A stretch of 64,000 nucleotides of DNA from Spirochaetia bacterium (GCA_965198005.1 CBDAOI010000003.1:480001-544000), one strand, 5' to 3'. Positions 9,947 to 22,417 are shown, counted from the first letter of the stretch. The notes: generated by a model not told the origin, from the letters alone. Numbers and translations are program-made.

Positions 9947-10610
9947 ACTATTCCTCCATAGGACGATGACTCTTCAAGTATCCTTTCGGTGTGTGTTCTT
10001 ATATACTCAAGCACATGAGAAGCCATCTCAGGCGCCACATATACGGAATCGAAACTGAGAGGCATATGCTGTTGCAACACATCGGACACGGATAAGGCAG
10101 ACGTTATGGAGCCGTCCTCCAAGAGCACCGGGAAGTCATGCACTCCACCGCTGTCGTAATTGACATCATGCTTGACGTTCGCCGGAAGAGCTTGGAAGAC
10201 GCTTCTCCCGGGTAAGATCGAATCGACCGTACGCAACGCCGGTATGGTGGGAGTCGCGGAGCAGGTAGTCCATTCGGTCAGCGCCAAACACCGGTCCCGA
10301 AACAATCTCGGTACTATTGCTTCCCATTCGGCAGTGTACTCTGGATTCCTGATTCACGTCGAGACGGTCCCTCACGTCTGAGGTTGTCCTCGCGTAACGG
10401 CATTGAATATCCTGTCGCTACGTCAGCAACCCCCAAAGAATTCTCGAAACGGGAGTCGCACCCGGGTAGACCATGAACGTAGTTGCAAGCTGATGGATAT
10501 GGCGGAGTCGCTGGATTACGGGTGAGTCGATGAGGCCCCGTTCCCGAGTAGTCAATCGCACGAATCCGTGAATGGCATCGCGTATCTCATGGTCTGAAAA
10601 GTCCTGGGCC
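9943..10610 (-). pseudogene. Decayed HD-domain dNTP triphosphohydrolase (SAMHD1/YwfO-like)
   Basis: Manual translation gives HEIRDAIHGFV...IQRLRHIHQL...VYPGAT, a frameshift, RFENSLGV, and later ADRMDYLLRDSHHTGVAYG. There are several frameshifts and deletions and no start codon. Confidence 0.85.
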
Positions 10611-10681
10611 TACACTACCCACGTTGCTGATGATACATATGATACGAGGATCGTCAAGTAGCGAAAGCAGGGAAAGCGGTT

Positions 10682-11557
10682 CTACCGGTCGGGGGAGGCG
10701 CTGCGGTCGGCCGTGCCGCTGAGCCGGGTCAGGGCGCTGTCCAGGCTGCGCACCTGCGCGCGGGTCTCGTCGTGGCTGCGGCCGAGTTGCAGGAGTTGGC
10801 TTGCCATGCGCTCGCCGGTGGCGGCCAGGTCGGTCACCTCGTCGCGCGCCCGCTGCAGGGTGTCGGCCAGTTCCAGACCGGCCGCGGCCAGCCGCAGGCC
10901 GCGCACGGCGTGGCCCACGGTGTGCAGGTAGAGGTAGAGGGCGGAGGGGCCGACCGGCACCACGCGCCGGCGCAGCGCAGCGCTCAACAGCGCCCCCTGG
11001 GCGTCGGCGAAGCAGCGCAGGTAGAGGGCGTCGCTGGGCACGTAGAGCAGCGCGAAGTTGTAGGTGCCCGCGTCCGGCAGCACGTACTTGTCCGCCACCG
11101 CCGCCACGTGCCGGCCGACGGCGCGCGCTGCGGCCTTGGACAGCGGCGCGTGCACCGCCCCCTCCTCCACCGCCTCGAACGGGAACTTGGCGTCGATCGG
11201 CACGCCGCGCGCGCCCAGCCGGACCACCGCGTCCACCCGCGCGCCTCCCGGCAGCGTCACCTGGGTGGCGTAGCCGGAGCGCGGCAGCCAGGTAGCGAGC
11301 AGGTCCTCCAGCAGCCGCTCCCCCAGCGCGCCGCGCTGGCGCGGCACGGTGAGCGCCTCCTCGAACCGCAGCAGCCGGCGCGCCAGCTCCTCCAACCGTT
11401 GCACGGGCTGCCGCAGCGGTCCGGCGCGGCGCGCGTACAGCAACACCACGATCACGATCAGCACCTCGCACACCAGCAGCACCGCGCCCCCGGCCAGCAG
11501 CAGCACTGCCGCGCCCGGCGAGAACGCGCCGCCCACCAACGCCTGCATCGCTTCCAT
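10682..11557 (-). CDS. rmuC: DNA recombination protein RmuC
   Basis: N-terminal TM segment; RGALGE..LE.LL, VDAVV, PIDAKFP and FALLYVPSD motifs. Confidence 0.85.
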   Translation of the reverse strand: MEAMQALVGGAFSPGAAVLLLAGGAVLLVCEVLIVIVVLLYARRAGPLRQPVQRLEELARRLLRFEEALTVPRQRGALGERLLEDLLATWLPRSGYATQVTLPGGARVDAVVRLGARGVPIDAKFPFEAVEEGAVHAPLSKAAARAVGRHVAAVADKYVLPDAGTYNFALLYVPSDALYLRCFADAQGALLSAALRRRVVPVGPSALYLYLHTVGHAVRGLRLAAAGLELADTLQRARDEVTDLAATGERMASQLLQLGRSHDETRAQVRSLDSALTRLSGTADRSASPDR

Positions 11558-11754
11558 CACTTGCTTCCAGTATCGGAATGCCGGCGGAATGCCGGCGGAC
11601 GCCGGCGGCTGGCGGAAGGCGGGAGCACCGGGTGGCCGATTGCACGCCGCGTGACGAGTACCCGCGGCACCCACTGGGCACCCTGCGCGAACCGGGGGAG
11701 CTACGGTACTATGGAAACCAGCAAGCAGCACGCAAGGGGCACGCAAGCAGCACG

Positions 11755-13100
11755 ATGGAAGACACCGGCGAGACCTACACCACGCGGGCGGCCTATGAAG
11801 CGGCCCTGGCGGCGCGCGCGCTGGTGCCGCGCGGATTCCGGTTTGCCGCCGCCACCGCCAGCTTCACCCCCGGCGAGCTCGGCGCCGACGCCGCGCCGCG
11901 GCCGATCAACCTGGCCGCGATTCTGGCGCCGGCCGCCACCCGCGCCTGGAGCGCGGTCCTGACCAGCAACCGGGTTACCGGCGCCCCGGTGGAGCTGGTG
12001 CGCAGCCGCCGCGACCGCGGCCTGCCGGTGCGCGGCATCGTGGTCAACAACCGGGTGGCCAACGTGTGCGCGCCCGACGGCGCCGCGGCCGCCCGGGCCG
12101 TGCTGGACGCGGTCGGCCGGAGCTGCGACCTGCCGGCGGCGGAGCTGCTGCCCGCCTCCACCGGCGTGATCGGCTGGCAGCTTCCGGTGCCCGCGCTGGC
12201 CGCCGCCGCGCCCGCGCTGGCCGCCGGCTTGGCCCACGGCACGCCGCTGGACGTGGCGCGGGCGATGATGACCACCGACGCCTATCCCAAGCTGCGCAGC
12301 GCGCACCTGCCCGGCGGCTGCCGGCTGCTGGGCGTCGCCAAGGGCGCCGGCATGATCGAACCCAACCTCGCCACCATGCTGGCATTCCTGGTCACCGACG
12401 CCCCGGCCACCGCCGCCGAGCTGCAGGACGCACTGCGGCGGGCGGTGGAGACGACCTTCAACCGGGTCACGGTCGACGGCGACCAGAGCACCAGCGACCT
12501 GGTGCTGCTGCTCAGCGCGCGCGAACGGGCGCCGGGCGCGCCGCCGGCGACCGGACTCGCGCCCGCGCTGGAGCAGGTCTGCGGCGCCCTGGCCGCCGAC
12601 GTCGTGCGCAACGGCGAGGGCACGCGCCACGTGATCGAGATCACCGTGCATTCGTCGCTGCCGGCGGCGGCGGCGGCCGCGCTCGGCAAGGCGGTGGCCA
12701 ACGCGCCGCTGGTGAAGACCGCGGTGTACGGCAACGACCCGAACGTGGGCCGGATCGCCGGCGCCGTCGGGGACTTCCTCGGCAACCGGCCCGCGCTCGA
12801 CCACGTCCGCCCGGCGGACCTGACGCTGACCATCGGCGACCGCGAGGTGTTTGCCGGCGGCACCTTCGCCATCGGTCCGGCCACCGAACGCGAGCTGAGC
12901 GACTACCTGCGCGCCTGCCGGAGCGACACCGGCGGCGGCTTCCCGCCGCACGACCGGCGGGTGCGGATCGGGATCCACCTCGCTCCCCGCGCCCGAGTTC
13001 CCGGCACCCGCATTCCCGCCACCGCCCCGGTGTCCGCGGTGCGCGTGCTGGGGTCGGATCTCGGCTACGAGTACGTGCGCGAGAACGCCGACTACCGCAC

Positions 13101-13104
<4 letters not shown>
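11755..13104 (+). CDS. argJ: Ornithine acetyltransferase/N-acetylglutamate synthase
   Basis: STGVIG, MMTTD, AKGAGMIEPNLATML, VDGDQSTSD, NGEG and GNDPNVGR motifs. Confidence 0.93.
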
Positions 13105-14090
<986 letters not shown>

Positions 14091-14200
14091 CGGTCAAGCG
14101 ACCACCCCGGCGCGCCCGCCGCGAGCGCCGCCCCGAGCCGCACCCTCGCGGCCGCGGCGAGGCGCTGCCGCCGCCGCACCGGCCGCCGCTGGAACTCGAG

Positions 14201-15049
14201 GTGCGCCGCCTCGAGGTGTTCGCGCGCGAGTTGGTGGCCAGCCTGATGGCCGGCCGCCACCGGAGCGTGTTCCGCGGCCAAGGCATGGAATTCGACGAGG
14301 TGCGCGAGTACGTCGCCGGCGACGACGTGCGCCTGATCGACTGGAACGTGACTTCGCGCATGGGCACCGCGTTCACCAAGCTGTTCCGCGAGCAACGCGA
14401 GCTCAACCTGGCATTGCTGGTCGACGTGTCCGCCTCGATGCTGCACGCCAGTGCCGGGAAGCGCGAGCTGGCGGCGCGGGTGGTGGCGATACTCGCCCTG
14501 GCGGTCGAGCGTACCGGCGACCTGGTGAGCGCCTACCTGTTTTCGGACCGCCTGGAGCGGTGGCTGCCGGCACGGCGCGGCCGCGGCCACGTGCTGCGCC
14601 TGATCGAACAGGTGGTCGCCGTCCAGCCACGCGGGCAGGGCTCGGATCTGGCACTCGCGCTGCGCACCGCGGCCGCCACCCTGCACCGGCGCCGGACCTG
14701 CGTGCTGATTTCGGATTTCAAGACCGACGGCTTCTGGCCGCAGTTGGGGGTGCTGGCGCGCCACCACGAGGTGCTGGCGTTGCGGATCGCGGACGAGTAC
14801 GACACCAGCTTTCCGCCCGCCGGATGCATGGAGCTGCGAGATCCGGAGACCGGCCGGGTAATCTACGCCGACGCCGCCTCGCACCGGTTTCGCGCCGCCT
14901 ACCGGGAGCACGCCGAACAGCACCTCGCAACCCTGCGTTCCCGCTGCCGGCAGCATAACGTCGACCTGGTGGAGATCGCCGTGGGCGACGACCCGGCGGC
15001 GGTGCTGGCCCGTTTCTTTCGCCGCAAAGGGCGGCTTCGGCGCGCGTGA
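14201..15049 (+). CDS. DUF58 domain protein
   Basis: GQGMEFDEVREYVAGDDVRLIDWNV, DVSASM and ISDF motifs; the true start may be further upstream. Confidence 0.92.
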   Translation: MRRLEVFARELVASLMAGRHRSVFRGQGMEFDEVREYVAGDDVRLIDWNVTSRMGTAFTKLFREQRELNLALLVDVSASMLHASAGKRELAARVVAILALAVERTGDLVSAYLFSDRLERWLPARRGRGHVLRLIEQVVAVQPRGQGSDLALALRTAAATLHRRRTCVLISDFKTDGFWPQLGVLARHHEVLALRIADEYDTSFPPAGCMELRDPETGRVIYADAASHRFRAAYREHAEQHLATLRSRCRQHNVDLVEIAVGDDPAAVLARFFRRKGRLRRA

Positions 15050-16011
15050 ACGCCCGTCTCACCGTCGGCCGCACCGCGACCACGCTGCTCGGCCTTGTCC
15101 TGCTGCTGATTGCCGCCGCCGCGGCCGGGCAGCAGCCGCAGCGGGTAACCGGCCTGACCCTCACGCCGGAGCTGTTCCACGTCGGTGACCGGGTGGTGGC
15201 GAGCATCGTGGTCGACGCCGGCTCCGCGCGCGTTCCGGCGCCGCCGGCCGTGCTCCCCGAGGACGACTGGGTGGTGGTCCACGCCGTCGAGGTGCTGCCG
15301 CACGGCGACGGGCGCTGGGAGGTACGCGTCGCCTTCAGCAGCTTTCAGCCCGGCGCGCTTACCCTGCCGGCGATCGACGTCGGTGCGTTCGAGCTGCGCG
15401 GTATCCGGGTCCAGGCGACCTCCCTGCTGCCGCAGGAGGGCGCCGCGCCGCTCGTGCTGCGCCCGTTGCGCGGCCCGCTGCCGCTGCCCGGCACCGCCGC
15501 CCGGCTGCTGGCCGCGGCAGTTGCCCTGCTGGCCGTACCCCATCTCCTGGTCAGCGCCGTGCTGGCGCTGTGGCGCCGGGTCCGCCGCTGGCAGGTGGAG
15601 CACGCCCGCAACCTGCCGCGGCAGCGGCTGCGGCAGGCGGTGCAGCGGCTGCACGGCGGCGCCACGCCGCCGGGGGCGCGCTCGTTTCACGTCCAGCTCG
15701 CACGGATCGTGCGCACCTACCTCTCGCAGCGCCTGCAGATCCGCGCGTACGCCGCGACCACCCGCGAGCTGCGCGCGGCACTGCCGTCGCTGGGGCTGCC
15801 GCCCGGCCTGGGGTCGGAGCTGACGGCGATCCTCGAAACCGCCGATCGCGTGAAGTTCGCGGGGCAGCGCGCCGAACCCGCCGAGATGCGGACCTTGTCC
15901 GAACGGCTGGTTGCCCTGGTGGACGCCATCGACACCGACCTGCAACGGCGCGAGCGCGGCGCCGGCCGGGCGCCCGGCGCACCCCAAGGAGCGGCCCGTG
16001 TGGAGCTTTGA
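15046..16011 (+). CDS. bat-operon membrane protein (Ig-like periplasmic domain, TM, helical C-terminus)
   Basis: Signal peptide, central TM segment, RTYL...TTREL and ADRVKFA motifs; lies between DUF58 and BatA. Confidence 0.7.
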   Translation: MNARLTVGRTATTLLGLVLLLIAAAAAGQQPQRVTGLTLTPELFHVGDRVVASIVVDAGSARVPAPPAVLPEDDWVVVHAVEVLPHGDGRWEVRVAFSSFQPGALTLPAIDVGAFELRGIRVQATSLLPQEGAAPLVLRPLRGPLPLPGTAARLLAAAVALLAVPHLLVSAVLALWRRVRRWQVEHARNLPRQRLRQAVQRLHGGATPPGARSFHVQLARIVRTYLSQRLQIRAYAATTRELRAALPSLGLPPGLGSELTAILETADRVKFAGQRAEPAEMRTLSERLVALVDAIDTDLQRRERGAGRAPGAPQGAARVEL

Positions 16012-16999
16012 TCGGCCGCTGGTCCTGGCCGCGCTGCTGCTGCTGCCGCTCGGCATCTACTTTCTGCACTACCACCCGCGGCGTGGCGCCATCCCCCAAC
16101 TCACCTTCGATATCTGGGGCGGCGCGGGCCTCAGGGTACGGCTGAGCCCGGCCCGGCTGGCCGCGGTGGCGGCGCGTTGGCTGTTCTGGCTGGCCGTGGC
16201 GGCGCTCATCGTCGCCGGCAGCGGGCCGGTGCGCCTGCAGCGGGAACGGGTGTTCCTGACCCCCGGTCTCGACCTGATGATCGTGCTCGACGAGTCGCCG
16301 AGCATGTCCGCGCGCGACTACGGCGATACCACCCGGTTCGCGGCCGCGCGCGCGGTCATCCACGACTTCGTGCGCGGGCGCGAGAACGACGCGGTGGGAG
16401 TCGTCAGTTTCAGCGAGCAGGCGGTGCTGCGGGTACCCAAGACGCTGGACCGGGCCGCGGTGGTCGACGCCCTGGAGGAGTTGCGCGTGATGACGCTGGG
16501 AGATGCGACCGCGATCGGGATGGGGATCGCGGTGGCGCTGCTGCACCTGCCGGACCGCGGCGCCGCCGGCCGGGTGATCGTGCTGCTCACGGATGGCGAG
16601 AACAACGCCGGGGAGATTCCGCCCGAGACCGCCGCCGAAATGGCTGCCGACCGCGCGGTGCGGATCTACACCATCGGTATCGGCAGCGAGGGCGACGCCG
16701 TGCTCGAGTTCACTGATGCCGCCACCGGGCGCACCCACCGCGGCATCTACCACGGCCGGTTCGATCAGGCCCTGTTGCGGCGGATCGCCGAGCTCACGGG
16801 CGGACGCTACTTCTCCGCCGCGGAGCCAGGAGCGCTGAGCGCGGTGTTCCGGGAGATCGACGCGCTGGAGCGGATCGAGCAGCGCACCCGCATCGACGTG
16901 GTGCGCGAGCCCCGGCACGGTGCGCTCCTGCTGGCGGCCCTGGTGCTGCTGGTGATCGAGCTGCTGGTGCGGCGCGCCGTGCTGGGCGAGCTGTTCTGA
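15998..16999 (+). CDS. batA: BatA-like VWA domain protein
   Basis: MIDAS motif DESPS, TAIGMG, LLTDGENN, IAELTGGRYF; TM segments at both ends. Confidence 0.88.
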   Translation: MWSFDRPLVLAALLLLPLGIYFLHYHPRRGAIPQLTFDIWGGAGLRVRLSPARLAAVAARWLFWLAVAALIVAGSGPVRLQRERVFLTPGLDLMIVLDESPSMSARDYGDTTRFAAARAVIHDFVRGRENDAVGVVSFSEQAVLRVPKTLDRAAVVDALEELRVMTLGDATAIGMGIAVALLHLPDRGAAGRVIVLLTDGENNAGEIPPETAAEMAADRAVRIYTIGIGSEGDAVLEFTDAATGRTHRGIYHGRFDQALLRRIAELTGGRYFSAAEPGALSAVFREIDALERIEQRTRIDVVREPRHGALLLAALVLLVIELLVRRAVLGELF

Positions 17000-18009
17000 T
17001 GCTGGTCGACGCCCCGGCCAACCTGGTGCTGCTGGTGCTGCTGCCGCCGGTGATCCTGTTGTTGATACTGTCCTATCGCCGCGCGCGGCGGGATCTGGCC
17101 GCCCTGCAGGGCATGGCCCGGTTCACGGCCGGCAGCCCCCGCCGCGCGCGTACCGTGTTTCGCGCCAAGCGCATGGCGGACGCGGCGTTGGTGACGGTCG
17201 CTCTGACCTGCGTGATTCTGGCAGCCGCGGGACCGCGCTGGGGGGAACGGCTGCGCGAGGACACCCGCACCGGCACCGAGCTGGTTGCGCTGATCGACCT
17301 GTCGCGCAGCATGGCGGCGCGCGATACCGGGATCAGCCGCCTGGAGCAGGGCCTGACGGCGCTGCGCGGCGCGCTGGAACGGCTGCCCGAAACCCGGGTC
17401 GCGCTGGTCGGATTCAGCGACGCGCCGCATCTGTTGCTGCCGTTCACCGACGACCGTGAGGCCGTGCTCCGGCAGCTCGAAGCGGTCGGCGCGACCGCGA
17501 TCACCCTGGGAGGTTCGGACCTCGAGGCGGCGCTCCGGTTCGCTGCGGCGGACCTCTCCGGCCGGCCGGGCGCCGCGCGTGTGATCCTGCTGGCATCCGA
17601 TGGCGAGGCCAGCCGCGGCTTTCCGCTGGCCGCGGCGCGCATGGCCGGCCTGCGCGGCGTACCGATCGCCGTGCTGCCCGTGGGCAGCGCCGCCGGCGCC
17701 CCGGTCCCGGACGCCCCCGGCACCCGGTCGGATGCGTCCGACGGCGCGATCGCGGTGTCGCGGCGGGACGATCGCGTGCTGCGTGCGATCGCGCGCATGA
17801 GCGGCGGCACGGTGGTGGATCCGCGACGGCCGGAGACCGGTGATGAGTTGGCAACCTACCGCAGACCGCCCGCCGCCGGCGCCCCGGCCGCCGCCCGCGC
17901 GGTGCGGGTCGAGTTGCGCGCGCGCTACCCGCTGCTGGTGCTGGGCGCCCTGCTGGCCCTGGGCGGCGTGGCCCTGAACCGGGCGTTGCGATGGCGCGAT
18001 ACCTTCTGA
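16999..18009 (+). CDS. batB: BatB-like VWA domain protein
   Basis: GPRWG, DLSRSM.A.D, SRLE and SDGE motifs; follows batA. Confidence 0.8.
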   Translation: MLVDAPANLVLLVLLPPVILLLILSYRRARRDLAALQGMARFTAGSPRRARTVFRAKRMADAALVTVALTCVILAAAGPRWGERLREDTRTGTELVALIDLSRSMAARDTGISRLEQGLTALRGALERLPETRVALVGFSDAPHLLLPFTDDREAVLRQLEAVGATAITLGGSDLEAALRFAAADLSGRPGAARVILLASDGEASRGFPLAAARMAGLRGVPIAVLPVGSAAGAPVPDAPGTRSDASDGAIAVSRRDDRVLRAIARMSGGTVVDPRRPETGDELATYRRPPAAGAPAAARAVRVELRARYPLLVLGALLALGGVALNRALRWRDTF

Positions 18010-18590
18010 CCACGGCCGCCGTGCTGGCGCTGGCGCTGGCTGCCGCGCTGTGGTTGGGGCTGGGCCGGGAGCCGCCGATCGCCACCGTGGCGGGCAACTA
18101 CGCGTTCGTCCGCGGCGACTACGTTGCCGCCACCATCCACTACCTGGCCGCCGCCGCGGGCGGCGCGGCCGGGGCGGAACCATCCCGGCAGCCGTACCTC
18201 GACTACAACCTGGGCAGCACCTACCTGGCGCTGGGGGAGGCGGCGGCCGGCATGGAGCTGCTGCGCGGCGCGCGCGCGACCGACCACCGCCTGCGCGGGC
18301 GGGCGGCGTTCAACCTGGGCAACGCCCACTACGAGTCCGGAAATTACCGCGCGGCGGCGCTCAGCTACCGCGACGCCCTGCTGCTGGCGCCCGACTCGGT
18401 CGACGCCAAGATCAACCTGGAGCTGGCCCTGCGCCGGCTGCAGACCAGCTCGCCGGCCGCCGCCACGCACCGGCGGCCCGCGGCTGCCGCGGGCGCCGCC
18501 CAGACCGCCCGCATCCTCGAATTCATTCGCCGCCGTGAACCGCCGCCGCCCGTGCGCCTCCCCCGGGATGCCGATGCCGCCGGCTACTGA
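17991..18590 (+). CDS. BatC-like TPR protein
   Basis: YNLG, FNLGNAHY and DAKINLELA motifs. Confidence 0.8.
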   Translation: MARYLLTTAAVLALALAAALWLGLGREPPIATVAGNYAFVRGDYVAATIHYLAAAAGGAAGAEPSRQPYLDYNLGSTYLALGEAAAGMELLRGARATDHRLRGRAAFNLGNAHYESGNYRAAALSYRDALLLAPDSVDAKINLELALRRLQTSSPAAATHRRPAAAAGAAQTARILEFIRRREPPPPVRLPRDADAAGY

Positions 18591-20694
18591 GCGGCCGTGT
18601 CCGCGAGCGTGCCGGCGGGCGGGGCGCTTGGGCACGGCGCTGCTGAGCGCGGCGGTGCTCGCCGTCGCCGCGGCCGCGGTCCAGGGGCAGGCCGGCCCCC
18701 GCGCCTGGACCGAGCTGTCGCCGCCGCAGCCGATGGCCGGGGAACCGTTCCGGGTCCTGCTCCACGTGCGCGGCATCGGATTGGATGCCATCCGCGTGCT
18801 GGAGCCGAGACTGCCGGCCGGAGTCGAGTGGGCCGGTGGTCCCGAGTTGCTGCCGCCCGCGGACGGTGCCGCGCATCCGCCCGCACGGGTGATTGCCTAT
18901 ACGCTGCGCGCACGCCGCACCGGACGCTACCTGCTGGACGGATTTCTCGTCCGGCTGACGGCACGGTCGCTGTACACCCGCGCCACCGAGCTCGAGGTGG
19001 TCGAGGCGGCGGCGGCCCCGCCTGCCAGACCGGCGGTGGCCTGGATTCCCGGCCGGCGCCGCGCCGTGGCCGGGGAAACGGTGAGCGTCCAGCTCGTCCT
19101 GCTGCAGGCGCCCGCGCTGCAGCTCCCGGATCGGATCGAGGTCCGCCCGCCGCGTGACAGCCGGTTCGAGCGGTACCGGGGCGAGGTCGCAATCAGCGAG
19201 CAGATGAGTGGCGGCCGCCGCGTCTACCGGGTGCCGCTCGCCGCCTATCTGCTCACGCCGACCGCCGCCGGAACCGTTACCCTGCCCGCGGCCCGGGTGA
19301 CGCTGCCGGCGGCGGAAGGCCCGCTCGTGCTGCAGTCCGAGGCAATGACCCTGGAAGTAACGGCCGCGCCGCCGGACATTGCGGCGACCGGCGCCGTGGG
19401 GACGCTCCGGGTCCGCTCCTGGATCGATGAACGGCGGCTGCCGGAGGGGCTCGAGGTCACGGCCAACGTAACGGTCACCGGAACCGGCAACCATCGATTC
19501 ATCGAGCCGCCGGAACCACGCGCCGCGGGAATGACCCTGGTGGACCGCACCGTGCATCAGGACCTGACGCTGCACGACGCCGGGTACCGCGGCCGGATCC
19601 ACGGCGTCTATCGCTACCACGTCACCCGACCCGGCACCTACTCCATCCAGGTGCCCGAATTCGCCTACTACGACACCGGCCGCGCAACCGTGGTGCGCGT
19701 TCCCGGCCGCGCCCACGTGGTCCGGTTCAGGGGCGCCCAGGCCGCCGCCGCGGCCGGCGCCGGTGGCGGCCCGGGGCGCGCGCTGGCGCCGCCGCCGCCG
19801 GGGTGGATCATGCGGCGTGGCTGCGTACCGCCGTGGCGGTTCTGGCCCCACTATCTGCTGCTGCTGCCGGGCGGGCTGCTGGCGGCCGCGGCCCTGCGGA
19901 CTGGCCCCCGCGGCGCCGGCGGCGAACGCGGACCCGGGCGCGCACTGCCGCTGGCGGGCGCGCTGGCGGTGGCCGCCGCCGGCAGCGGCGTGACGGCCGC
20001 GCTGCCCGCCGTCACGCTCGAGCCGCGGGAGCAAGCGCAGGCCGCGCTGGCGCACGCCGCACAGGCATACCAACGCGAGGACTATGCCGCCGCCGGCGCC
20101 GCCTTCGCCGCGGTGCAGCGGCGGTTCGACTGTTTCGCCGGGGTCAGCTACAACCGCGCGCTGGCCGAACGGGCGCTCGGCGACGACGCCGCGGCGATCG
20201 CGGCCGTGCGCGCGGCGGTCCGAGCCGCGCCGCTTACCGGCGCCTACCGCAACCTGCTCGGCGAGCTGGAGAGCGCCGCCGGGCTCGACACGCAGCACCG
20301 GCCGCCGCCGTTCCTGCCCCCCGCGCTGCCGTTCTACGGGCTCCTGGCGGTCGCCAACGGCGCCGGCCTGGCGGCCTGGATCGCCGCCCGCAACCCCGCC
20401 GGCCGAGCGCGCGTCAAAGGCACCCTCTGGCTGGGAGCGGCCGGCGGCGCCTGCATGGCGCTGCTGCTGGCCGGGGCAACCCTCGACCGGTCGCGCGAGC
20501 TGGTGGTGGCGCGCGCGACGGAGCTACGCCGCATCCCGGTGGCGGCGGCGCTGCCGTGGGTGCCGCTTACGCCCGGCTCCACGCTGGAGGTGCGCGGCGC
20601 GCACCGGGATCATCTCCTGGTGCGTACGGCCTACGGACTCGACGCCTGGGTCGACCGCGCTGCGGTCGTGGAAATCAACGCTCGCGATAGATGA
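18568..20694 (+). CDS. BatD-like protein with C-terminal TPR/SH3-like (BatE-like) region
   Basis: Signal peptide, repeated beta-rich domains, GAVG...VTGTGN, TM segments, TPR-like YNRALA and terminal GLDAWV. Start is uncertain. Confidence 0.7.
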   Translation: MPMPPATERPCPRACRRAGRLGTALLSAAVLAVAAAAVQGQAGPRAWTELSPPQPMAGEPFRVLLHVRGIGLDAIRVLEPRLPAGVEWAGGPELLPPADGAAHPPARVIAYTLRARRTGRYLLDGFLVRLTARSLYTRATELEVVEAAAAPPARPAVAWIPGRRRAVAGETVSVQLVLLQAPALQLPDRIEVRPPRDSRFERYRGEVAISEQMSGGRRVYRVPLAAYLLTPTAAGTVTLPAARVTLPAAEGPLVLQSEAMTLEVTAAPPDIAATGAVGTLRVRSWIDERRLPEGLEVTANVTVTGTGNHRFIEPPEPRAAGMTLVDRTVHQDLTLHDAGYRGRIHGVYRYHVTRPGTYSIQVPEFAYYDTGRATVVRVPGRAHVVRFRGAQAAAAAGAGGGPGRALAPPPPGWIMRRGCVPPWRFWPHYLLLLPGGLLAAAALRTGPRGAGGERGPGRALPLAGALAVAAAGSGVTAALPAVTLEPREQAQAALAHAAQAYQREDYAAAGAAFAAVQRRFDCFAGVSYNRALAERALGDDAAAIAAVRAAVRAAPLTGAYRNLLGELESAAGLDTQHRPPPFLPPALPFYGLLAVANGAGLAAWIAARNPAGRARVKGTLWLGAAGGACMALLLAGATLDRSRELVVARATELRRIPVAAALPWVPLTPGSTLEVRGAHRDHLLVRTAYGLDAWVDRAAVVEINARDR

Positions 20695-20893
20695 TGCGCC
20701 CGCGATTCAGGTCGTACGGGGACAGGGCAACGCGGACCCGGTCGCCCGGCACGATCCTGATGTAATGCCGGCGCATCTTCCCCGACAGATGGGCGAGCAC
20801 CAGATGGCCGTTCTGGAGCTCGACCCGAAACATGGTATTGGGCAACGATTCCCGTACCGTCCCTTCTATCTCAATGGCCTCTTCTTTCGCCAA
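20675..20893 (-). CDS. infA: Translation initiation factor IF-1
   Basis: [35 protein letters not shown]...GD.V.V.LSPYDL.RGRI; TTG start. Confidence 0.97.
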   Translation of the reverse strand: MAKEEAIEIEGTVRESLPNTMFRVELQNGHLVLAHLSGKMRRHYIRIVPGDRVRVALSPYDLNRGRIIYRER

Positions 20894-21231
20894 AACAATC
20901 CTGGTGCGCCAGTACACGCGGCCGGGACGGTTTTGTCAACCGAACGCCACCCCGAGCGCCCTCCCCCAACACTCTGAACACCACCTAACGCCCCGAGACC
21001 GCGGCGCGGGCGGCCACGCTGTTGGCCCAAGCCGTCGATTCGCCGCTAACCGCTCAGGCCGGCCAGTGCCCACAGCGCCGGCGCTGACGCCCGGGTTACC
21101 AGCAGACATCCACCCCCAGCGCACGACGCTGCTCGCGGGTGGGACCGGTAGCCCGCCCGTGCCCCTGCGCAGCGCTCCAGCACCGCGGCCTGCTCTGCGC
21201 CGTCCGCGTCGAGCGCCGGGGTCGCAGGGCC

Positions 21232-21583
21232 GGCGCGCGGCTGTCGATGGTCGTCGGTCTGGCCGCGACCGCGCTCAATGTCGTGGTTGCTCTCCTGATC
21301 GGCGGCACGTCGGGATTCTTTGGCGGCAAGTTGGACCTGGTGGTGCAGAGATTCGTCGATGCCTGGATGGTTATTCCGGGGCGCCATGCTCAGCCGGGAA
21401 GGGCGTGAGTACATGCAGCAGGCGCCGTGGCTGGCGCTCTGGCCGGGCCTGTGCCTGACGATCGTGGTCTACAGTCTGAACATGTTCGGCGATGCGGTGC
21501 GCGACCTGCTCGACCCGCGGTGCGGGGTGGCGGCGGTCGTCTCGATGCCGCCGCCGCCGCCTGAGGACTACCACCGGCGGGCG
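21232..21583 (+). pseudogene. Internally deleted dppC-like fragment; direct-repeat copy of 27522-27978
   Basis: Near-identical DNA to the downstream remnant, including the post-stop tail gcctgaggactaccaccggcgggcg. Confidence 0.88.
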
Positions 21584-21716
21584 TGGCGCCGCCCCTACGG
21601 AGAAGAGAAGCGCTCGCTCTGCAACGGGATGGTGCTGCAGCAGGTCGGTCACGGACTGGGCCTCGTCGAGTGATGCCCATAATCGTCTCGGCGCATTCAT
21701 GCGAAACTTCGAGAGA

Positions 21717-21756
21717 TTGACCAACACGCCGGCTACTTGTACGGTTTTGCTGTACT
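21717..21756 (+). promoter_or_regulatory. Putative sigma70 promoter with a YefM-type operator
   Basis: TTGACC-17bp-TACGGT, overlapped by two TGTAC boxes (21738 and 21751) like those of yefM-yoeB operators. Confidence 0.5.
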
Positions 21757-21769
21757 GGAAGAACTTCCG

Positions 21770-22417
21770 ATGATCTACGAAACCACCTACAGCAACGCGC
21801 GTGCCCACTTGGCGTCGCTCATGGACCAAGTGACGGATACCCGCGAACCGATCCTGATTCGTCGGCGCGGGGCGGAATCCGTCGCGCTGGTCGCAGCCGA
21901 TGAGCTCGCCGGCTGGATGGAGACCGCCTATCTGCTCCGTTCGCCCAAGAATGCGCAGCGCCTGTTGGACGGCAGCCGCCGTGCCGCCGCCGGGGAAGGC
22001 ATTCCGTTGAGCGTCGAACAACTCCGCGTGCGCTGCGCGGACAGCTTGCCGGCGCCTGGTCCCGGCGTATCGACCAGGAGCACCGTCTGGTCTATCGAGT
22101 CGAACCAGCCTGCGTACGATTCATCGCAGCCCGGTACCACTACTGAGCAGCGCCCTGAACCGGCTCTGCCACTGGCGCGCATGGTTCACCAGTGGCACGC
22201 TAGCTCGCGGGCGCTGGCTGAGCCGCCACGGCGCCGGCTGTCTCAGTTGTCAGATTTCTTCGACGCAGGTGGTTGCCCCGAGTCCGGGTCCGTGCTACGG
22301 TCGCACGGTAGAGCCATGGACGGTCCCTGTAGCGCCCACAACAAGTTAGCGGTCTACCGTAGAGCCATGGACGGTCCCCCCCCCCCCACAACTTTCATAC
22401 ATCCTGTAGATCACTAG
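21770..22417 (+). CDS. Phd/YefM antitoxin (homology to about 22030) with a read-through tail; no toxin gene
   Basis: [16 protein letters not shown]...[16 protein letters not shown]. The ORF continues into unrelated sequence. Confidence 0.8.
   Translation: MIYETTYSNARAHLASLMDQVTDTREPILIRRRGAESVALVAADELAGWMETAYLLRSPKNAQRLLDGSRRAAAGEGIPLSVEQLRVRCADSLPAPGPGVSTRSTVWSIESNQPAYDSSQPGTTTEQRPEPALPLARMVHQWHASSRALAEPPRRRLSQLSDFFDAGGCPESGSVLRSHGRAMDGPCSAHNKLAVYRRAMDGPPPPTTFIHPVDH

Noticed and set aside
21928-22182. GTPase-like LVDTPG motif on the minus strand
   Set aside because: It is a single short motif with no Walker A; insufficient evidence.
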